NCBI GenBank assembly: GCA_041395025.1
Contig: JAWLBH010000001.1
Coordinates: 120,001-152,000, forward strand
Direction of reading: 5' to 3'
Origin: Chlamydiales bacterium
GTDB taxonomy: Bacteria; Chlamydiota; Chlamydiia; Chlamydiales; JAAKFR01
Length of the DNA stretch: 32,000 bases
The notes under the pieces are model-generated. The model worked only from the letters and a program-made list of their open reading frames with translations, did not search any database and was not told where the DNA came from. Below are positions 12,048 through 18,573 of this stretch, piece by piece (positions within the stretch are counted from its first letter, which is position 1; every line of letters starts with the position of its first letter). Made by a program: the position numbers and the translations under genes.

Positions 12048-12298
12048 AAGCTTTATCTCCTAAAAGGATTAGTTTGTACATATATTATAAATAAAAATAG
12101 TTTTTTTTTGTTAAAAATTTTAGATAAAAAAATTATTATTAATTTTTATATATAATAATATAATTAAAAGATGAAAGACTGAAAATAAAAGACTATATAA
12201 AATCAGAAAGAAAGCTAAAAAGAACGTATCTAATTTGTATTATATAAATATTTAGAATTTATGTGGTTGTGTATTCAAAAAGATAGTTATACTCTGAT
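12048..12298. other. Extremely AT-rich intergenic spacer
   Basis: 251 bp with very few G/C. Contains T9 and A7 runs and TATA-type repeats. It lies between the 3' end of ORF 12299..14164 and the start of the Inc-like gene, so it presumably holds that gene's promoter. Confidence 0.6.
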
Positions 12299-14164
12299 TC
12301 ATTGTCGAGCTACAATCATTTCCTCAATTGCTAAACGAAGACTTTTTTTCTCTTCGGTAGTTGGATAACGAAAAATTAAACCAAAACTAAAATAATATCT
12401 ATTAGGAACTAGACAAGTAGTAATTTTCCCTAAATAAGGACCTAATTGAAGCATTTTATGAAAATCCAGATCAACCGATGTAATTAAAGAATAAAAATAA
12501 TCTAAATCCTCTTGCATGCGAATCGTATACTTTTCTTCTTTATCCAGTTCCTCTTCTAGAATCATTAAAAAAAGTTTTTTTATCGGTTTCATAGGAAGTA
12601 GACTACGCATAGTTGAAGGAACCAAGGAATAAAAATAGTTTTCAAGTAAAAAAGCCTCTTCTTTCGTTTGATGACCTAAATGTCTTTTTAATCTATCAAA
12701 AAGCTCGCTCTCTTGAGAAATCATCCCTCCGTTATAATCTCTAAATTCCCCAATGAGATAAGTAAGCTCTGAGGCAATTTTTTTACGTGCTTTATAAAGA
12801 TCAATCACATGATTTCTTCGAAAAAAATCACCTTTTGAAATTCTCAGACGAAAAACCGAGGCTTCTTTATGGTATTTTTTACGCAGTGTTCCAACGATTT
12901 TCTGTCTATCTGGAATGAATTCAAGAAAGGTGTGTTTTGCTTTAAAACAGTCACTGATCGGAAGTGTGTCTTGTTTGACTAATCTTACCACAGTAATAAG
13001 AAATTCAAGCTGTTCTTCCATTTGTTGACTAAATTCAATCATTACCTGAGGCAAATCGCGAACAAATTTAAGCTGATTACTTAATGTAAGAATATTACGT
13101 ATAATCATCTCTTCATTTTGAGGCATGAATATAGGATTTAATCGTGATTCAAATCGATTTTTCAGCTCTTGAGGAAGCTCTATTTTTAGAATTTTTTGTT
13201 CTTCTAGGGTAAAAAAGCTGTCCTCTTTTTCAATTTCAATATAAGCCATACAAATTTGGTCTGATTGACGTTTATGATGCAGATAGGATTCAGGAACTTT
13301 TCTCGCTGTAGGAATAATTGCCTGAATTCCACTTAGAATATGACGTGATTCAAAAATTTCATGATCATGAATATAACTTAACCCAATGACAATTCCCAGA
13401 ACAGGACGACCATAACGAATCTTTGCACGAATCAATTTGACACTAATGTACCGTCTTTCAGGAAAAGTTTCGAGTGAGAGCTGCAGTGCGCGTCCAAAAA
13501 GGTAATAGACACAAATAATACGACCAATATGACGATAACTTCTATCTTTCTTGAATCCTTCTTTAGAGATGACAAGAAATCGATGCATTTCTGACAAAAG
13601 ATCATAATCAAAATCCTGAGGACGTTTTTGAATGAGCGAGGTAATGACCTCTTGAATCAAAATATTTTTTTCATCTAATCTTAATCCTTTCATTTCCAAG
13701 ATTCGGCATGCCTGGTAATAGGATTTTAAACCAAGATGAATTTCATTTTTTAGAAGAGGTAGATTATTTTGAATAGCTCTAAGTTCAAATAAATTTCTAA
13801 TTTGAACCATGACCTCTCCTACAACATATTTTTGGTCATGAAGATGGGGAAAAGAAAAATCAGCTGCAAATTGTAGAATAGGATTTAAACGCTTATCTGG
13901 AATCAACCAACGACTGATCATTTCATAGAAGAAATGAAATGCATTAGGCCGAAAATGGCAACAGAGAAAAAAAGAGAGATTGAATGGAGGCTGACTAAAC
14001 TGAGTTGCAGAGATCATCGGAAGTTGGGTATTAAAATGAGAGAAAGATTCCTGGTCTTTAAAAAAATTAGAAGGAAAAAGCAGATCTAAAATTCGATGAA
14101 CTGCTCTCATACAAAATGGACTTTTTTTCTCAAAATTATCTGGAATACGCAGATAGTTATTCAT
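12299..14164 (-). CDS. Hypothetical protein, free-standing copy of the ~620-aa module also found at the N-terminus of ORF 24407..27850
   Basis: Long intact ORF with block-wise similarity to residues 1-636 of the 1147-aa ORF. I prefer the ATG at 14164, which has AGGAG 6 nt upstream and overlaps the kinase stop (ATGAATAA), over the TTG at 14179. No signal peptide or TM segment is evident. Confidence 0.8.
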   Translation of the reverse strand: MNNYLRIPDNFEKKSPFCMRAVHRILDLLFPSNFFKDQESFSHFNTQLPMISATQFSQPPFNLSFFLCCHFRPNAFHFFYEMISRWLIPDKRLNPILQFAADFSFPHLHDQKYVVGEVMVQIRNLFELRAIQNNLPLLKNEIHLGLKSYYQACRILEMKGLRLDEKNILIQEVITSLIQKRPQDFDYDLLSEMHRFLVISKEGFKKDRSYRHIGRIICVYYLFGRALQLSLETFPERRYISVKLIRAKIRYGRPVLGIVIGLSYIHDHEIFESRHILSGIQAIIPTARKVPESYLHHKRQSDQICMAYIEIEKEDSFFTLEEQKILKIELPQELKNRFESRLNPIFMPQNEEMIIRNILTLSNQLKFVRDLPQVMIEFSQQMEEQLEFLITVVRLVKQDTLPISDCFKAKHTFLEFIPDRQKIVGTLRKKYHKEASVFRLRISKGDFFRRNHVIDLYKARKKIASELTYLIGEFRDYNGGMISQESELFDRLKRHLGHQTKEEAFLLENYFYSLVPSTMRSLLPMKPIKKLFLMILEEELDKEEKYTIRMQEDLDYFYSLITSVDLDFHKMLQLGPYLGKITTCLVPNRYYFSFGLIFRYPTTEEKKSLRLAIEEMIVARQ

Positions 14165-14948
14165 ACACTGCTCCTGCAAGCTTAAGATTTGATTGTGAAA
14201 TCACCGTACCTTCTCCGGTCAAGTCTAGAAAAGAACGTACATGTAATGGAAGTGCATTGTTTTTAGCTAAAACAAGGGCTCGATTGTGAAGAACACGTCC
14301 TCCACTTGTATTGACAATTTCCAGTGCTTCATCAAAAGATAATTGAGAATAAAAAAAAGCTTGTGGATCATGGATTGGATCTTTAGAAAAAATCCCCTTA
14401 ACATCTTTATAGAGTTCAACTTTTTCAGCTCCAAGGGCAATCCCTAAAGCAACAGCTGAAGTATCTGACCCACCTCTTCCAAGAGTAGTAATCTCTTTAT
14501 TCTGACTCACACCTTGAAAACCAGCTACAATGACAATTTTTCCTTGATTGAGAGAGAGAATAAGACGTTCTGGTCTCACAGAAAGGATCCGCGCTTCTCG
14601 ATGTTGATTTGTTGTCAAAATACCAGACTGACTCCCAGTAAAGCTGACTGCATCAACCCCCTTAGCTGCTAGAGCCATAGCTAAAAGTGAAATACTAATC
14701 CTCTCACCAGCACTTACAAGCATATCATATTCACGTTCAGGAGGAGAGGGATTAATCCGAAATGCAAGAGAGATCAGATTATCTGTCATCCCACTCATGG
14801 CACTGACAACAACAACGATATGAAAATATTCTTTTTTTCTTTCTAGAATAAGATCCGCTAAGCTAGAAAAAATCTCAGGATTTTTTAAAACTGCTCCCCC
14901 AAACTTCATAATGAGGGTTTTCTTTTTTTCTGATAGACTGTTTTCCAT
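14157..14948 (-). CDS. lysC: Aspartokinase-like amino-acid kinase, catalytic domain only (no ACT domains)
   Basis: MKFGGAVL, VVVVSAMSGMTDNL, GERISISLLAMALAAKGVDAVSFTG, TTLGRGGSDTSAVALG and YKDVKGIFSKDP follow the aspartokinase pattern. The ORF ends about 20 aa after the kinase core. The start is ATG at 14948 or 14909; the 15068 start in the ORF track is unlikely. Confidence 0.75.
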   Translation of the reverse strand: MENSLSEKKKTLIMKFGGAVLKNPEIFSSLADLILERKKEYFHIVVVVSAMSGMTDNLISLAFRINPSPPEREYDMLVSAGERISISLLAMALAAKGVDAVSFTGSQSGILTTNQHREARILSVRPERLILSLNQGKIVIVAGFQGVSQNKEITTLGRGGSDTSAVALGIALGAEKVELYKDVKGIFSKDPIHDPQAFFYSQLSFDEALEIVNTSGGRVLHNRALVLAKNNALPLHVRSFLDLTGEGTVISQSNLKLAGAVYE

Positions 14949-15618
14949 GAACCTTAATCTTCTTCTTGTTCCAATACATATCGCAATTGTTTGTGGATTA
15001 ACCTTGTTTACATTGCGCTTCGGTAAAGAAATGATCATTACTTGGCTCTCTTTGCTCGTCGTGATCATGAATCTTTTTGTACTTAAACAAATTACTTTTT
15101 TTAATTTAAGTATTACACCAACAGATGCATTGAGTGTAGGATATCTTCTAGGATTGAATTTGATTCAAGAATTTTTTGGAAAAAAAACTGCTCATAAAAC
15201 AGTTTGGATTTCTCTATTCATTTCCGTATCTTTTGTTATTCTTGCACAAATTCACCTTGCTTACCTTCCCAACTCCCATGATCTATCACAAACCCATTTT
15301 ATATTTCTTCTAAAACCCCTACCCCGTCTTATGACGGCTTCTCTGATTTCTTTTGTCATCGTGCAATTTTTTAACCTAGCATTTTTTCGATTTTTACAAA
15401 GAAAGATGTCTAATAAATATTTAACAACTCGCACAATTCTCACTCTGATTCTTTCACAGATAGCTGATACAGTGCTTTTTAATCTTATTGGTCTTTATGG
15501 AATAATTGCAAATACCCATCATGTAATTCTTTTCAGTTTGATGATCAAAGGAATGATCATCATCTTCTCTACACCTTTTGTTTATCTTTCGAGGCAAGTC
15601 ATTCGTCATGAATTTTGA
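14947..15618 (+). CDS. yhhQ: YhhQ/DUF165-family membrane protein (queuosine-precursor/queuine transporter family)
   Basis: About 223 aa with 6 or more TM segments. Colinear resemblance to E. coli YhhQ, for example ASLISFVIVQFFNLAFFRFLQRK...LILSQIADTVLFNLIGLYG against ASFMAYALGQILDVHVFNRLRQ...LFGNVSDTLAFFFIAF (recalled sequence). Overlaps the tgt start by 11 nt. Confidence 0.65.
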   Translation: MNLNLLLVPIHIAIVCGLTLFTLRFGKEMIITWLSLLVVIMNLFVLKQITFFNLSITPTDALSVGYLLGLNLIQEFFGKKTAHKTVWISLFISVSFVILAQIHLAYLPNSHDLSQTHFIFLLKPLPRLMTASLISFVIVQFFNLAFFRFLQRKMSNKYLTTRTILTLILSQIADTVLFNLIGLYGIIANTHHVILFSLMIKGMIIIFSTPFVYLSRQVIRHEF

Positions 15619-16729
15619 AATTCTCCATAAATCAAAAAAATCTAGTGCACGTGTGGGAAGGATCTACACACCCCATGGGATTATCGATACACCAAATTTT
15701 GTTGCTGTAGGGACAAATGGAACACTGAAAGCGCTCAATAATGAAATGATTGATCAAATGGGTGTGCAACTCATGTTTTGTAACACCTATCATCTCTTAC
15801 TTCAGCCGGGGACTGGGATTATTAAAAAAGCTGGTGGCCTCCACAAGTTTATTCAACGTAAACAACCTCTGATTACTGATTCAGGAGGATTTCAAATTTT
15901 TAGTCTTAATGCTCAAGCCATGCATAATGAAATTAAAAGCCATCGTCATACACAAGAAAAAGGAGGCGTGTTAAAAATCAATGAAGAAGGAGTCACTTTT
16001 CGTTCTTATCGGAATGGAGAAAAAATTTTACTGACTCCTGAATCTTCAATAGAAGCACAAAAAGATCTAGGGGCTGATATCATTATTCCACTAGATGAGC
16101 TTCCTCCCCATTCTATTGATCATGATAATCTGAAAAAATCTCTTGCTCGAACCCATCGTTGGGAAATGCGTTCTCTAAATACTCATCTAGCCAATCCCCA
16201 GAATCAAGCGATATATGGAGTGATCCATGGTGGTATTGACTTTGAACTACGTAAATTAAGCATCAAAACATTGACTGAATTACCTTTTGATGGTTTTGCC
16301 ATTGGAGGAAGTATAGGAAAAAATAGACAAGAAATGAGTGATCTCATTGAATATATCTGTCCACTTCTTCCTGAGGAAAAACCCAATCACCTTCTTGGTA
16401 TCGGAGATGTCCCTTCAATTCGTAGACTCATTCCTTTTGGAATTGATACTTTTGATAGTTCATATCCTACTCGTGCAGCTCGTCATGGACTTTTATTAAC
16501 ACAATCTGGAGGGTTGAAAATTCATCAACGTCATTATGCAACTTCTTTTCAACCTATCGAAACTGACTGTGCCTGCTCTACTTGCTCGATTCATTCTCTC
16601 GCTTATCTTCATCACCTTTTTAAAGCAAGAGAAGTGATTTTTTTGAATCTTGCAACGATTCATAATCTCCATTTTATGATTAAAATGATGATGATTTGTA
16701 GGAAAGAAATCCTTGAAGATAAAATTTAG
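15608..16729 (+). CDS. tgt: tRNA-guanine transglycosylase
   Basis: ITDSGGFQIFSL, GIDTFDSSYPTRAARHG and the zinc site CACSTC...H. Start set at the ATG at 15608 (MNFEILHKSKKSSARVGRIYTPHG), giving a typical Tgt N-terminus. Confidence 0.93.
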   Translation: MNFEILHKSKKSSARVGRIYTPHGIIDTPNFVAVGTNGTLKALNNEMIDQMGVQLMFCNTYHLLLQPGTGIIKKAGGLHKFIQRKQPLITDSGGFQIFSLNAQAMHNEIKSHRHTQEKGGVLKINEEGVTFRSYRNGEKILLTPESSIEAQKDLGADIIIPLDELPPHSIDHDNLKKSLARTHRWEMRSLNTHLANPQNQAIYGVIHGGIDFELRKLSIKTLTELPFDGFAIGGSIGKNRQEMSDLIEYICPLLPEEKPNHLLGIGDVPSIRRLIPFGIDTFDSSYPTRAARHGLLLTQSGGLKIHQRHYATSFQPIETDCACSTCSIHSLAYLHHLFKAREVIFLNLATIHNLHFMIKMMMICRKEILEDKI

Positions 16730-16771
16730 TTTATTCTTAGATCTCCATGTTTTGGTAAATACTTACATCTC

Positions 16772-18109
16772 TTAGAAAATATATGCATCCCAATCTCCAT
16801 ATTTTTCTTTAATTTTTCCTCGAAAAATAGACAAACTAATAATACACATTGAGATCACGACTATATGCCAAATAAATAGAAGGGTTGCACCAGAAAGAAC
16901 AAACGTAGATATAATAAGCCATAGAGCAATAGCTATATTCATCAATCTTAGAGCACGAACCACCTCTGCCCAAGAAATAATCGAAAAAACGATAATCAAG
17001 GCACCACAAACATCTATATTATCGGCTAGTATTCCTTGGCATCGAAAAATATCTTTTGAAAATAATAACCATCCCCCAATTAACGCTGTGATTAAAAGAT
17101 TCCATTGAATTTTTACCCCAAAAAACATCGATTGAATGATTTTCCTAGGAGCTTCACTGAAGCTAGATGTCTGATGGTCAGAGCTTGTGATACTATCTAA
17201 CGTGTATTTTGAACCCATAAAAAAAGTACGCCAAAAGGGTTTTTTTTCACGACGAATTTGGGACAAATACTGGCAAACGGCAACCACTTCGTCAATAGTT
17301 AAAGCGAGCATAATAAGCATACAGGTTGCGATAATTAAACAAAGACCGCACCAAGCACCGACAACAATTGGCTGAAGCATGACAAGAGTAATGCTCACAA
17401 AACCTAGAGGAACAACCAGAATTCCAAATATTACCACTATCCAAGGCATTGTATGCCAACGACGCACTCCTCCTTTTGCTCCCATAATCGCTTCCAAAGA
17501 ATAGGCCATTGCCCCTAACCCTGCATCAGGAACAGGAAAATCATGCGAAATCATAGAGGTGATCACTTTTTCGGTTCCTAATCCAAAAAATGGATCCCAA
17601 ACAAAATGAATATAGTGAAGTTGAAAAGCTGCCATATAACGGGCAATAAACCATCCTACAATAGCAAAAAAAATCACTGGAATTCTTTGAGACCATGCGG
17701 AGGGGTTGTAAGTCCAACCATGAGGAATTTCAGGGCCAATTTCAAACTGATAGGGTCTTAAAGGGACTAAGACACAAAATGAAATAGCAAGTACCCCGAT
17801 CAGGGTATCATTCACATAAATCACAGGTTCTTTAGCCCAAAATACAAGTGGAGCAAATTGAAGCCAAATTCCCACAATGGCACCTGTCCAAATCCAACCA
17901 CTCAATTTCTGCTTCATTGATATGCCACCAAAAATAATCAATAGAAATCCAGAAATCCAATCACTGTAATGCAACCTGGAATCAATATATCCGAAAGATT
18001 CTGGGCTCATTAACAACCAAAAACCTAGAAAAATCATTCCAAACCGAGTCCAAATCATTTTATTGTGAAATTCTCGATAAATTCTATTGTACTCCTTTTC
18101 ATTCACCAT
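16772..18109 (-). CDS. Polytopic membrane protein, VKOR-like core with intramembrane CxxC, flanked by SPW-like repeats
   Basis: 445 aa with 10 or more hydrophobic segments. The central stretch VITSMISHDFPVPDAGLGAMAY...AWCGLCL resembles the VKOR pattern (V-L-x-S...F-G-I-P...L-G...Y, then a TM CxxC). Four W-L-rich repeats (GFWLLMSPESF, GIWLQFAPLVF, GGWLLFSKDIF, ALWLIISTFVL) are also present. Assignment is from memory of family patterns. Confidence 0.45.
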   Translation of the reverse strand: MVNEKEYNRIYREFHNKMIWTRFGMIFLGFWLLMSPESFGYIDSRLHYSDWISGFLLIIFGGISMKQKLSGWIWTGAIVGIWLQFAPLVFWAKEPVIYVNDTLIGVLAISFCVLVPLRPYQFEIGPEIPHGWTYNPSAWSQRIPVIFFAIVGWFIARYMAAFQLHYIHFVWDPFFGLGTEKVITSMISHDFPVPDAGLGAMAYSLEAIMGAKGGVRRWHTMPWIVVIFGILVVPLGFVSITLVMLQPIVVGAWCGLCLIIATCMLIMLALTIDEVVAVCQYLSQIRREKKPFWRTFFMGSKYTLDSITSSDHQTSSFSEAPRKIIQSMFFGVKIQWNLLITALIGGWLLFSKDIFRCQGILADNIDVCGALIIVFSIISWAEVVRALRLMNIAIALWLIISTFVLSGATLLFIWHIVVISMCIISLSIFRGKIKEKYGDWDAYIF

Positions 18110-18573
18110 CTCTTGCTATCTCCTCTTAAGATGATTTTTCATAGATAGAAATCCATATCTGTAGAACAATAAAATGTTTTTCTATTTATCAAAAATCTTA
18201 TAATTTTAATTATATTTAAGTTTTGATTTATTTTAATATTAATAAAAAATATATAAAATAATTTTATTAATATTATTGAAAATATAAGATTTAGTTTGTG
18301 GAATTGAAACTATTTCACTAGCCCCCAAAAAGTTATGTTTTTCTTAAGATCAAAATACCTGTTTGGATAAGTAAGGCATTTAGGAATAGGGATGGCAAGA
18401 GGTTTAAAAACCTAAGATAACTATTAAATATTCTGGACATTATATGGAGGTTAGCTCTATTGGATAGTCTATGATGAGAGAAAAAGAAATTCTAGATGTT
18501 TTAGCTAACCAAAAGCATGAATATTGAAGTGATATTTTAATCACGATGACCAAATACAATATGAGTAAGCAAT
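18110..18573. other. Long AT-rich divergent intergenic region (VKOR-like gene / tkt)
   Basis: 464 bp. The core 18181..18300 is almost pure A/T. It contains the 8-bp inverted repeat GGTTAGCT (18449..18456) / AGCTAACC (18503..18510). Confidence 0.6.

Noticed and set aside
12124-12140. Identical 17-mer ATAAAAAAATTATTATT at about 12124..12140 and about 21209..21225
   Set aside because: Both copies lie in nearly pure A/T spacers. A rough estimate suggests such a match is expected by chance at this composition, and there is no flanking similarity.
11469-12298. Possibility that the AT-rich regions near DUF721-gyrB are a replication origin
   Set aside because: oriC often lies near dnaA-dnaN-recF-gyrB. 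However, I found no cluster of DnaA-box-like 9-mers (TTATCCACA/TGTGGATAA) here, only partial matches such as TGTGGTTGT. No dnaA or dnaN is in the window either.
15261-17375. 60-62-aa ORFs antisense to yhhQ (15261..15443), tgt (16204..16386) and the VKOR-like gene (17187..17375)
   Set aside because: They are shadow ORFs within supported genes. They sit barely above the length cut-off and have no start context.
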